DNA of 64,000 nucleotides from Candidatus Limnocylindrales bacterium (GCA_036278755.1 DASUKL010000043.1:133-64132), one strand, 5' to 3'; shown: positions 1 through 8,633, counted from the first letter of the stretch. Numbers and translations are program-made. Notes: generated from the sequence alone by a model not told the origin.

Positions 1-583
1 GGGTGTGGCTCCAGGCCGTTCGAGCTGCCGCGTTTGGGGATCGGAGCACGCAGGCGATCGATCCCGGACGCAACGGTCACCCGCGGGGCCCGACCGAAGG
101 GAGGGTGCGATGCACCCCCGCGCTCGGGGGTCCTCCGTCCGCTGCCACTGGCGGTGGGCCTGTGTGTCCTCCTCTCCGGGGTCGTCGACGCCAGGGCCCA
201 GGTCAAGCCGGTGGTGACTTCGTTTGGGTCAAGTGAACATTCAGAATCGTCTTTCGAGCAGCGGCTTCCCATCCTCACTGAAGCAGCAACTGCGCAGATC
301 CCTAGACACCGTGCTGCTTCGGAACGCCTATGGCCCGATGATTACACCGATCCAGACCACCCTTGCACGATTCTCCACGTGCACATCACGGACGAATCGT
401 GCACCTCCCGACGAAGGTGGGCCTGGCACGCATGGGGGAGGATGGGAATGCACCTCGGGATTTCCTAAGCCACCCTTTCGGTGACCCGATCCATCTCTTT
501 ATGATGACTGCAGGTCCTTGCATCTGGCTTTCTGGTCTTGGGGCTGCTTGGTACGGCCTCCTCGACCCCCGATCGTTGTACCC

Positions 584-1600
584 CTAGACAACATGGGGCC
601 CTGAGGCAGCCAGGTCCTCGAGGGTCGGGAGGTGCTCCGTCGCGCCGTCGGGAGCGAGGGGGATCACGGCGACGTGGTCGGCTCCCGCGGCGTGAAGGGC
701 GGCGATGCGGGCGCGCAAGGCCTGGGGCGGGCCGATGGCGACCATGGCTTCGACCAGGCGGTCGGAGCCCGGCTTGGCCCAGTCGGCTTCGTCGAAGCCC
801 TGCAGCGCCCAGCTGGCCTGATAGTTGATGGGTCGAAGGTAGGGCGCCAGATAGGCTCGGGCAGCCTCGCGCGCCGCACCATCGGCGGGATCGGGGGCGA
901 GGACGACGGGCAGGGTGACGGCCAGGACGGGCCGATCGCCCGCCGGATCGCGCGGCGAATCTTCCGGCGGATCACCCGGCCCATGGCCAGCCGGATGACC
1001 GGGTCCAGCCCCATCGAGGCGGGCGCGCATCGAGGCTACGCGCTCGGGCGTGACGAGGTAGGGGAAGGCGCCGCTGGCCTCGGTCGCAGCAAGGTCCAGC
1101 ATCCGCTCCCGCAACGCGGCCAGGAGCACCGGCGGCTCTCTCAGCCCCGCGTCGCCGGGTCCTGCGGGGCCCTTCCAGACCGCGGCCCGATAGGTGGCCA
1201 GGTACTCCCGCATCCTTGTCAGGGGCTTCTCGTAGTGGTGACCGCGGAGGCGCTCGGCGAGATGCGGATGGGAGACGCCGAGGCCCAGGACGAACCGGCC
1301 GCCGCTGGCCTCCTGGATCGTCAGGGCGGCCATCCGGGCCGTCTGGGCGTCGCGAGCCCAGATGCTGGCGATGCTCGTCCCGAGCGTCAGCCGCTCGGTC
1401 GCCCCGGCTAGGACGGCGAGCAGGGCGAACGGCTCGCGCCCCACGGTCTCGGGCACCCACAGGGCGCCGTAGCCGAGCTGATCGGCCCGGGCCGCATACG
1501 CACGGGCCGTCGGGGCGTCGAACGAATCGAGGTGGCCCCACACCCCCACCCGGCCGATGCGCTCCCGGAGATCGGCGGCCCCTGTCTCGAGCTCGCTCAT
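584..1600 (-). CDS. LLM-class (luciferase-like) F420-dependent oxidoreductase
   Basis: 338-aa ORF. Family-typical N-terminus (VGVWGHLD...YGALWVPE) and GLGVSHPHL motif. GC3-rich native codon usage. Confidence 0.85.
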   Translation of the reverse strand: MSELETGAADLRERIGRVGVWGHLDSFDAPTARAYAARADQLGYGALWVPETVGREPFALLAVLAGATERLTLGTSIASIWARDAQTARMAALTIQEASGGRFVLGLGVSHPHLAERLRGHHYEKPLTRMREYLATYRAAVWKGPAGPGDAGLREPPVLLAALRERMLDLAATEASGAFPYLVTPERVASMRARLDGAGPGHPAGHGPGDPPEDSPRDPAGDRPVLAVTLPVVLAPDPADGAAREAARAYLAPYLRPINYQASWALQGFDEADWAKPGSDRLVEAMVAIGPPQALRARIAALHAAGADHVAVIPLAPDGATEHLPTLEDLAASGPHVV

Positions 1601-1960
1601 CGCTGGATGGTAGATCGGGTGCCTGCGTCGATACCGAGTCTCCGCGCTTCCCCCGGTCGGACGGCTGGGTCATGGGCGGTGGCTGGTCGTCGCATCGGGC
1701 GTCGCGGTTTGCCCCCAGCGAATGCCGGAGGCCGCGTGGTCTTGGGTCGGTCCGGCGCGGCTTGCCGGGACGCATCGGCGTTTGCTGGCAGCACATCCGA
1801 TCGACCTTGGTGGGCCTGGGCGCCTGCGCGCAGGCCTTCGACGGCGGTTCATTCGCTGGCCGCGAATGACGCGACGGTTGGGATCATCGAACGGTCGCTG
1901 TCCCGCGCGATCGACGCGTTCCATTTGCCCTCAGCAAATGGAAGGCCCGGACGAGGTGGA

Positions 1961-2056
1961 CGGCTCAGAGGGCGCCCCTGGAGAGCGCCACCCGGGCGGC
2001 TCAGAGGGCGCCACCTGGAGAGCGCCACCCGGGCGGCTCAGAGGGCGCCACCTGGA
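1961..2056. repeat. Intergenic tandem repeat, 36/37-nt unit x about 2.6 (CGGCTCAGAGGGCGCCnCCTGGAGAGCGCCACCCGGG)
   Basis: Direct reading: units start at 1961, 1997 and 2034. Each unit holds a GGCGC...GCGCC inverted pair. Confidence 0.85.
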
Positions 2057-2130
2057 CCGAGCCGCGTGGACGGCACCACCTGGTTGGCGCCAGGTCGGTG
2101 CCTGACGCGGGCCTGAGCGAGGTGCGGGCC

Positions 2131-3882
2131 CTAGCCGCGGAGGCGGAGGGGGCGCGGCTGGAGGCGGGGCAGGAGGTCGAGCAGGTCCTGCTCGTCGGCG
2201 ATCGGTCGGGCGCCGGCCTCGGCCAAGGCGGCCTCCACCGCCTCGCGGTCCTCGTGGCACATGAGGGCGATGACGGCCGGGCCCGGACCCCCGGCCAGGG
2301 CGGCGCGAAGGGCGGCCGGCTCGGACTCGAAGACCGGGGCATCCGCGGTCGCGCCACCCTCCCGGAGGCCGGCCTGCAGCTCCCCGATGTACGAGGCCCG
2401 GGTCCGGCCGCGGAGGTAGTGGAGCGTCTCCTTGATGACGACGCGGTCGGCGAGCTGGGCGGCGATGCGGCCGATCCCGCGCAGCGTGTCGTCGGGCCGG
2501 TCACCGGCCGTGCCCACGATGGCCGTCACCGGCCGAGCCCGTCCGGCCGCCCCGCCGGCGATGCCGGCCGCGACCTCGAGCAGGGCCTCGAGGCCGGCTT
2601 CGTTGTGGGCGAAGTCGACGATGACGATCCGCTCGCCCAGGCGGTACAGGTTGAGCCGGCCCGGCGCCTGCTCGGTCACCGCCCGGAAGTCGCGCAACCC
2701 GGCCGCCACCTCCTCGACCGAACAGCCCAGGGCTCGGGCGCCGGCGGCGGCGGCCAGGGCGTTGGCCACGTTGTGGCGGGCCAGGCCCAGGAGCGTGGCC
2801 GGGACCTCCGCGACGGCCACGATGGGCCGCCGGGCGCTGCCTTCGGCCTCCACGAGCCAGCCGGCCTCGACCAGGTACGCCCGACCCCTACCCCCGCCTG
2901 CCAGGTGGCGCCGCACCGCGGCCGGAGGCCGGCCGGCTACGGTCCACAGGGCGACCCTGGCTCGCACCTGCCCAGCCACGGCCAGCACCAGCGGGTCGTC
3001 GGCCGCGAGGACCACCGTGCCCTGCGGCCGCGTCACGCGGGCCACCACGGCCTTGACCTCGGCCAGCTCGGGCAGGGTGTGGATGCCCTGGAGGTCGAGG
3101 TGATCGGAGCTGATATTCGTCACGATGGCCACGTCGTTCGATTCGTAACCCAGGCCGCGGAGGAGGATGCCGCCGCGGGCCGTCTCGAGCACGGCGACCT
3201 CGATCTCGCCGCGCTCCAGGACCTGCCGGGCCCCGCCAGGGCCGGTCCAGTCGCCGGGCTCCACCAGCCGCTCGTCGAGGAGGACGCCGTCGGAGGTCGT
3301 GGTGCCCACCCGTCGACCGGCGCCCCGGAGGATGTGGCTCAGCATCCGGGTCGTGGTCGTCTTGCCGTTCGTGCCGGTGATCGAGGCGATGGGGATGCGG
3401 CGCTGGGCGTCGGTCAGCCAGCTGGGTCCGGCGCCGTGGAGGCCGCGCAGGCGGCGGACGGTCCGCCGCAGGGCCGGGCTGCTGCGCAGCGGGATACTCG
3501 GGTCGCGGTCGGCCTCGGCCAGGCGCCAGGCCGTCTCGGCCAGGGCCGCCGCGCGTTCGTGCTCCCGCCAGGGGAGGGCCACGACCCAGCCGCCCGGCTC
3601 CGAGGTCCGGTGGATCGTGACCGGCAGCCGCTCGCCGGGGCCGCGTCCAGCCCGGGTGCCCGTGAGGCGCAGGAGGCGCCGCGACCAGGCCGCCAGGCCG
3701 CGCACCGGCGGTGGGGCATCGGCCGGACGGACGGGAGCCCCGAGCCGGACGACCGCGTGGGCCGCCGGGTCACGCCGCCCGTACCAGGTCCGGCGCCGTC
3801 CCACGGCCACCTCGATCTTGACCGTCGGCTCGAGCCGGTAGAGGTTGGGCCCCTCGAGGAGGCGGATCTCGATGAGGCGCAC
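2131..3882 (-). CDS. Cyanophycin-synthetase-like Mur-ligase family protein (CphA N-domain plus Mur-ligase M-domain, no ATP-grasp domain)
   Basis: Mur ligase P-loop ITGTNGKTTTTRM. CphA-type C-terminal motifs (FAHNEAGLEAL, GTAGDRPDD, LRGR). N-terminus VRLIEIRLLEGPNLY resembles the CphA N-domain. The track ORF runs to 4065, but homology begins at the GTG at 3882; the longer form would overlap the divergent gene. Confidence 0.8.
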   Translation of the reverse strand: MRLIEIRLLEGPNLYRLEPTVKIEVAVGRRRTWYGRRDPAAHAVVRLGAPVRPADAPPPVRGLAAWSRRLLRLTGTRAGRGPGERLPVTIHRTSEPGGWVVALPWREHERAAALAETAWRLAEADRDPSIPLRSSPALRRTVRRLRGLHGAGPSWLTDAQRRIPIASITGTNGKTTTTRMLSHILRGAGRRVGTTTSDGVLLDERLVEPGDWTGPGGARQVLERGEIEVAVLETARGGILLRGLGYESNDVAIVTNISSDHLDLQGIHTLPELAEVKAVVARVTRPQGTVVLAADDPLVLAVAGQVRARVALWTVAGRPPAAVRRHLAGGGRGRAYLVEAGWLVEAEGSARRPIVAVAEVPATLLGLARHNVANALAAAAGARALGCSVEEVAAGLRDFRAVTEQAPGRLNLYRLGERIVIVDFAHNEAGLEALLEVAAGIAGGAAGRARPVTAIVGTAGDRPDDTLRGIGRIAAQLADRVVIKETLHYLRGRTRASYIGELQAGLREGGATADAPVFESEPAALRAALAGGPGPAVIALMCHEDREAVEAALAEAGARPIADEQDLLDLLPRLQPRPLRLRG

Positions 3883-3942
3883 GGCCGGCCGAGTATAGGG
3901 CGCAGGCTGCGCCCGGAGGCACGGGCCGGTCGACCGCAGAAA

Positions 3943-3987
3943 CGACCGCTGACGTGGACCGATGGAGCGACCGCTGACGTGGACCGA
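3943..3987. repeat. Perfect 20-bp direct repeat (CGACCGCTGACGTGGACCGA) x2 with a 5-bp spacer in a divergent promoter region
   Basis: Copies at 3943-3962 and 3968-3987, read directly. Lies between the divergent Mur-ligase-like and M20 genes. Confidence 0.8.
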
Positions 3988-5317
3988 CGGGGCGGCCGAT
4001 AGACTTGCGGCGATGCCCACCGACCAGGCCAGCGAGCCGCTTCCCGGACCCCGACCGGACTCCACCCCGCCCGCCGCGGCTGGCGGTCAGCCCGCCCCGG
4101 CGCCCGAGCTCGTCAGCCAGGAGGAGCTCGAGGCCCTCCGCCGAGCCGTCGCGGCCGACCTGCCGCGCTTCCTGAGCGACCTGGAGCGGCTGGTGAACGT
4201 CGACTGCGGCAGCTACACGAAGGCTGGCGTCGACGAGGTCGGGGCCTGGACGGCGGAGGCCATGCGGGAGCTCGGGGCGAGCGTCGCGTCGCACCCCGAC
4301 GACCGCCTGGGCGAGACGATCGTGGGCACCCTGGCCGGGGCTCCGGCCGGGCCGCGGGCGCTGCTCATCGGCCACCTGGACACGGTCTTCGAGCCGGGCA
4401 CCGCCTCCGCGCGGCCGTACCGCGTGGAGGATGGCCGGATCACCGGCCCCGGGGTCAGCGACATGAAGGCCGGACTCCTGGCCGGCCTCCACGCCCTGCG
4501 GGCCCTCGATCGGGTCTTGCCCGGCGGGCTGGCCGCGGGGCTGCCCTTCGCCCGCCTGATGTTCGTGGCCAACCCCGACGAGGAGATCGGCTCGCCGGCC
4601 AGCAGCCCCATCATCCGCGACCTGGCGGCCGCGACCGACGTCTGCTTCGTCCTCGAGTGCGCCCGGGCCAACGGCGACATCGTCAGCGCCCGGAAGGGCA
4701 TCGTCGACCTCCGCATCCGCGTCCGGGGCCGGGCGGCCCACGCCGGGGTCGAGCCGGAGAAGGGCCGCAGCGCGGTCCTCGAGGCGGCCCATCTGACCGT
4801 CGCGCTCCACGCCCTCAACGGGCGCTGGCCGGGGGTGACGGTGAACGTCGGCGTGGCCCGCGGCGGAAGCCGGCCCAACGTCGTGGCCGAGGAGGCCGAG
4901 CTGCAGGTCGACCTGCGGGCCGCCGCTCGGGCCGAGCTGGAGGCGGCCGAGGCCGAGATCCGGGCCCGCTGCACCCGGCCCACCGTGCCCGACGTGGAGG
5001 TCGAGGTGATCGAGCTCGCCCGCCACTGGCCGATGGAGCGTTCGAGCGGCGCGGCCCTGCTCGCCGAGCGGGCCGTGAGCCTGGCCGGCCGCTTGGGCTT
5101 CGCCTTGCGCGACACGGCCACCGGCGGGGCCTCCGACGCCAACACGACGGCCGGCCTGGGCGTGCCCTCGCTCGACGGCCTGGGGCCCATCGGTGGCCTG
5201 GATCACTCCCCCGGGGAGTACCTCGAGCTGGACTCGATCGTGCCCCGCACGACGCTCCTGGCGGCCCTCCTCCTGGCCGTGGCCCGCGATGAGGCGTTGC
5301 CGCGGCGTTCGGGGTAA
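3962..5317 (+). CDS. M20 family metallopeptidase (carboxypeptidase G2 / glutamate carboxypeptidase-like)
   Basis: GHLDTVF, GPGVSDMKAG, NPDEEIGSP, GGASDAN and dimerisation-domain pattern. The start could instead be the ATG at 4013. Confidence 0.85.
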   Translation: MERPLTWTDGAADRLAAMPTDQASEPLPGPRPDSTPPAAAGGQPAPAPELVSQEELEALRRAVAADLPRFLSDLERLVNVDCGSYTKAGVDEVGAWTAEAMRELGASVASHPDDRLGETIVGTLAGAPAGPRALLIGHLDTVFEPGTASARPYRVEDGRITGPGVSDMKAGLLAGLHALRALDRVLPGGLAAGLPFARLMFVANPDEEIGSPASSPIIRDLAAATDVCFVLECARANGDIVSARKGIVDLRIRVRGRAAHAGVEPEKGRSAVLEAAHLTVALHALNGRWPGVTVNVGVARGGSRPNVVAEEAELQVDLRAAARAELEAAEAEIRARCTRPTVPDVEVEVIELARHWPMERSSGAALLAERAVSLAGRLGFALRDTATGGASDANTTAGLGVPSLDGLGPIGGLDHSPGEYLELDSIVPRTTLLAALLLAVARDEALPRRSG

Positions 5318-5357
5318 GAGGAAGCCGGCAAGGCTTGGCGGCTCGACAGCCGGGCGG

Positions 5358-5693
5358 CTAGGCGGCCAGGCCGGCGGCCCGCAGGAGCGCCGTCACGAGG
5401 ACCCCGCAGACGAGGCCCAGGAGGAGGTTGCGCCGCCAGGCGACGAGGGCCACGGCCACGACCACGGCCAGCCAGCCCACGCCGACCTGGAACGTGGGCC
5501 GGCCGGCGGCATCGGTCACCACGGCGACATTGACCGCGGCCAGGGCGGCCAGGATGGCGGGGCCCACCAGCCGCAGGTAGTCACGGCCCCAGCGCGGCAG
5601 CCGCTCGAGGCCGGGGGTCAGGAGGGGCACGGCCCGCGAGGGGTAGGTCACGAGCCCCATGAGCACCGCCAGGCCGACGAGGGTCAGGCTCAT
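5358..5693 (-). CDS. azlD: Branched-chain amino acid transport protein AzlD
   Basis: 111-aa hydrophobic protein with an AzlD-like N-terminus (YPSRAVPLL). 4-nt overlap with upstream azlC. Confidence 0.85.
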   Translation of the reverse strand: MSLTLVGLAVLMGLVTYPSRAVPLLTPGLERLPRWGRDYLRLVGPAILAALAAVNVAVVTDAAGRPTFQVGVGWLAVVVAVALVAWRRNLLLGLVCGVLVTALLRAAGLAA

Positions 5694-6619
5694 GGCAGAC
5701 CGAGCGCCGGCACCGTCGCGGCTTCGGCCTCCGCGTCACGCTCGCCGCCTCCGTCCGAGGGCCGCCCGTCGTCGGACGCACCGGGCGCGGCAAGCCCGAC
5801 CAGCGGGCCACCGAGCCCTCCGGCCACGATGCCCACCGTGGGCCCCAGGACGAGACCGACCCCGATCCCCAGCAGCACTCCGGCCAGGGCGGCCACGACC
5901 TCGCGCCGCCCGGAGATGAGGCCGACCGCCAGGCCGGCCATGGCCGCCGGGAAGACGACGTCGATGCCCAGTCGGGTGGGGTCGGGGATCAGCTGGCCGG
6001 CCGTGAAGCCGACCCCGGTCGAAGCGATCCAAGGGACGACCACGAAGCCGCCGGCCATCCAGTAGCCACGGCGATCGAAGCGGCCGAGGCGGCGGAAGTG
6101 GGCCAGGCTGAGGGCGAACGTCTCGTCGGCCAGGCAATAGGCGCTGGCCAGTCGCTCCGAGCGCGAGCGGCCTTGGAACCAGGGCGCCAGGGAAGCCGAA
6201 TAGAGGATGTGACGGGCGTTGAGGAAGAAGGTCAGGAGGACGATGGCCGGCCACGAGGCGCCGCCGGCCACGAGGCCCACGGCCGCGAACTGCGAGGCGC
6301 CGGCCAGGACGATGACGCTCATGGCCAGGGCCTCGACGGCGGAGAAGCCGGCCTGCCGGGCAGCCAGGCCGTAGACGATGCCGAAGGCCGCCACGGAGAG
6401 CGCGATGCCGGCCCCCTCGAGGACCAGCCGACGGCGTGAGGCCCGCAGGGCCTCGGCCGGCGCGGGAGCCGGGTTCAGCGGAGGAACGTCGTCCCGCAGG
6501 TGTCGCAGACGACGTACACCGCGTGCCGGTCGCGGGCGTAGCCGGCCACGTGGAGGCGGCCCTTGAAGTCGGGTTCGGCGGTGCAGACCCAGACCCACCA
6601 GCGTCCGCTCGCGTCCCAC
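5690..6619 (-). CDS. azlC: AzlC family branched-chain amino acid permease component
   Basis: AzlC core (LAGASQFAAVGL...FFLNARHILYSASL). Start uncertain: ATG 6619 or GTG 6598 both overlap the upstream small gene, and there is no canonical start between 6478 and the first TM helix. Confidence 0.8.
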   Translation of the reverse strand: MGRERTLVGLGLHRRTRLQGPPPRGRLRPRPARGVRRLRHLRDDVPPLNPAPAPAEALRASRRRLVLEGAGIALSVAAFGIVYGLAARQAGFSAVEALAMSVIVLAGASQFAAVGLVAGGASWPAIVLLTFFLNARHILYSASLAPWFQGRSRSERLASAYCLADETFALSLAHFRRLGRFDRRGYWMAGGFVVVPWIASTGVGFTAGQLIPDPTRLGIDVVFPAAMAGLAVGLISGRREVVAALAGVLLGIGVGLVLGPTVGIVAGGLGGPLVGLAAPGASDDGRPSDGGGERDAEAEAATVPALGLP

Positions 6620-6768
6620 TCCCCGGTGGGCTCGCCGAGCGGTGTGGTCTCGGCCGCGACCTTGTCGCGGAGCCCGTCGAAGGCCTTCAGGGCCGCTTCG
6701 ACGTTGGCCGCTCGCTGCGCCTGCGTCTCGCTCCCGGAGGGGTAGTTCTGGCCGACGTTCGAGCTCAC
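6475..6768 (-). CDS. Hypothetical 97-aa protein with a C-terminal CDTCG motif
   Basis: GTG at 6768 preceded by GAGG 6 nt upstream. Native codon usage. It is the 3' part of the spurious 609-aa track ORF 6475..8304. Confidence 0.55.
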   Translation of the reverse strand: MSSNVGQNYPSGSETQAQRAANVEAALKAFDGLRDKVAAETTPLGEPTGEWDASGRWWVWVCTAEPDFKGRLHVAGYARDRHAVYVVCDTCGTTFLR

Positions 6769-6908
6769 GGCAACCTCATCAGGCGGGTCCCTGGGCGCGC
6801 CCGGCAGGGGCCGGTGATCGGTGGGGGTTGGCCAGCCGCGGAGGTCGTGAGCGCGGCGCGACCGGCCGCCGGAGAGTATAGCGCGGCTCGGAGCGCGACT
6901 CTGTCGGT

Positions 6909-8633
6909 CTACCAGACGGCCGCTGCCCCCTCTGAGCGGGGATCGGTCGCCGCGGCGAAGGCTCGCGGCGGCGCATCCGGCGCATCCGGCGCATAAGGCA
7001 TGTCCGGCATGTTCGGCATGTCCGGCCTGTCCGGCGCGTCCGGCCCGCCCTCCTCGGGCACGATCTCGATGGCGTGGGCGTGGCCCATGGCCGAGTCGAA
7101 CGGCGGCCCGAACGTCACCTCGTGGCCGCGGGCCCGGAGGCCCTCGGGCACGGCTGGGGCGAAGCGCGGCTCGAGGCGGGTAACGCTGGGCGGCCCGAAG
7201 TGCCCGGCCACGTCGGCGGCCCAGCGCGGGGCGGCCACGGCCGCGGCGACGTCGAGCCGGCCGTCGACGAGGTCGCTGACGAGTTGGGCGAAGACCTGGG
7301 GCTGGATCTCGCCACCCATCGAGCCATGGACGACCCACGGCCGGCCATCGCGGAAGAGCATCGCCGGGGTCAGGGTGTGCCACGTTCGCTTGCCGGGGGC
7401 GATGACGTTGGGGCTGGCCGGGTCGAGGCTGAAGAACGCCCCCCGGTTCTGGTAGGCGATGCCGGTCTGGGGGTCGGCCAGGCCGGATCCGAAGCCGGCG
7501 TAGTTCGACTCGATGAGGCTGACGGCGCCGCCCCAGCGATCGGCCGTGGCGAGGTAGACCGTGCCGCCGCCCCGTGGCGCGTCGAGGGGCGGCGCGAGCG
7601 CCGCACGCCGCGGGTCGATCCGCTCGGCGAGCGCGTCGGCATGGGCCGGGGAGAGGAGCATCTCCAGGGCCCCGGGGGCCATGGCCTCGGGGTCGGCGAG
7701 GTAGCGGTCGCGGTCGGCCAGCACGAGGCGCGAGGCTTCGAGGCCCAGGTGGACCCAGGCCGGGTCGGTCACGCCCTGCGGCCCGAAGGCCGAGGCGGGC
7801 GGGGCCGGGAAACGACCCAGGACGGCTAGCGTCTCGAGGGCCAGGGGGCCGCAGCTGTTGGGCGGGTGGCTGTAGCTCGTCAAGCCCCGGTAGTCGGTCG
7901 CGATCGGCTCGCCCCAGGTGGAGCGATGGTCGGCCAGGTCGGCGGCCCGGAGTGGAGCACCACGCTCCGTCAGGTACGTCGCCGCGCGGGCCGCGAGGGC
8001 CCCGCTGTAGAGCACGTCCGGTCCCTCCTCGGCCAGGCGGCGGAGGGTCCCCGCGAGGCCGGTGATGAGGACCCGCTCGCCCCGCTCCCAGGGCCGTCCG
8101 GCCGGCCGGAACACCCGCGCCCAGTCGCCCTCGGGGCCGAAGATGGCGGCCGAACGCTCGACGGCCGCGATCCAGCCGGGGCCGGCCGGGAAGCCCTCGG
8201 CCAGCTCGATGGCCGGGGCCAGGAGCTCGGCCCACGGCCGCCGACCGAAGCGGGCATGGGCGTCGCCCCAACTGCGCACGGCTCCGGGCACGGTCACGCT
8301 CCACGGGCCACGCAACGGAAGGTGGCGAGCGTCGCCGGCGGCCACACGGGCCGCGTCCAGGGTGGCCGCCGCCGCCGAGCGGCCGCTGCCGTTGAGGGCC
8401 TGGAGGTGCTTGGCCGGCGGATCCCAGATGAGCCAGAACGCGTCACCGCCCAGGCCGCAGCTGTGGCTGGCCACGACGGCCAGGGCGGCGTTCGTGGCGA
8501 TGGCAGCATCGACGGCACTCCCTCCGGCGCGGAGGATGCCGAGGCCCGCCTGGCTGGCCAGGCGCTGCGGGCTGACCACCGCGCCGCGGGCCCCCCAGGC
8601 GGCGACGGCGGGCACGAGGACGGGGTCGTTCAC
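6909..8633 (-). CDS. ggt: Gamma-glutamyltransferase
   Basis: GGT family motifs (SCGLGGDAF, TVYLATADRWGGAVSLIESN autoprocessing Thr region, GSMGGEIQPQ, DPRSEGAA C-terminus). GTG start at 8633 lies 4 nt after the kinase stop. The track ORF extension to 9167 is not GGT-like. Confidence 0.9.
   Translation of the reverse strand: MNDPVLVPAVAAWGARGAVVSPQRLASQAGLGILRAGGSAVDAAIATNAALAVVASHSCGLGGDAFWLIWDPPAKHLQALNGSGRSAAAATLDAARVAAGDARHLPLRGPWSVTVPGAVRSWGDAHARFGRRPWAELLAPAIELAEGFPAGPGWIAAVERSAAIFGPEGDWARVFRPAGRPWERGERVLITGLAGTLRRLAEEGPDVLYSGALAARAATYLTERGAPLRAADLADHRSTWGEPIATDYRGLTSYSHPPNSCGPLALETLAVLGRFPAPPASAFGPQGVTDPAWVHLGLEASRLVLADRDRYLADPEAMAPGALEMLLSPAHADALAERIDPRRAALAPPLDAPRGGGTVYLATADRWGGAVSLIESNYAGFGSGLADPQTGIAYQNRGAFFSLDPASPNVIAPGKRTWHTLTPAMLFRDGRPWVVHGSMGGEIQPQVFAQLVSDLVDGRLDVAAAVAAPRWAADVAGHFGPPSVTRLEPRFAPAVPEGLRARGHEVTFGPPFDSAMGHAHAIEIVPEEGGPDAPDRPDMPNMPDMPYAPDAPDAPPRAFAAATDPRSEGAAAVW

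Noticed and set aside
34-468. 144-aa plus-strand ORF with a signal-peptide-like stretch (LPLAVGLCVLLSGVVDARAQ)
   Set aside because: There is no canonical start in frame before the hydrophobic stretch except a GTG inside it. The good SD plus ATG at 110 is in a different frame and gives only 35 aa. The distal two-thirds has low GC3, unlike every confident gene here. It is kept only as part of the low-GC island finding.
538-600. tmRNA 5' end, because of GGGGCTGCTTGG
   Set aside because: There is no tRNA-like 3' end, tag ORF or GGATTCGAC-type element. The segment runs into the 3' end of the LLM oxidoreductase gene.
2098-4002. 634-aa plus-strand ORF
   Set aside because: It is antisense to the Mur-ligase-like gene. 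The product is Arg/Gly/Ala-rich low complexity with no motifs, a typical high-GC shadow ORF.
3770-5206. 478-aa minus-strand ORF
   Set aside because: It is antisense to the M20 peptidase gene and has no recognisable domain.
6475-8304. 609-aa minus-strand ORF taken as one gene
   Set aside because: Most of it is an out-of-frame overlap of ggt with Arg/Pro-rich nonsense. Only the last 97 codons (6475-6768), downstream of ggt, look coding.
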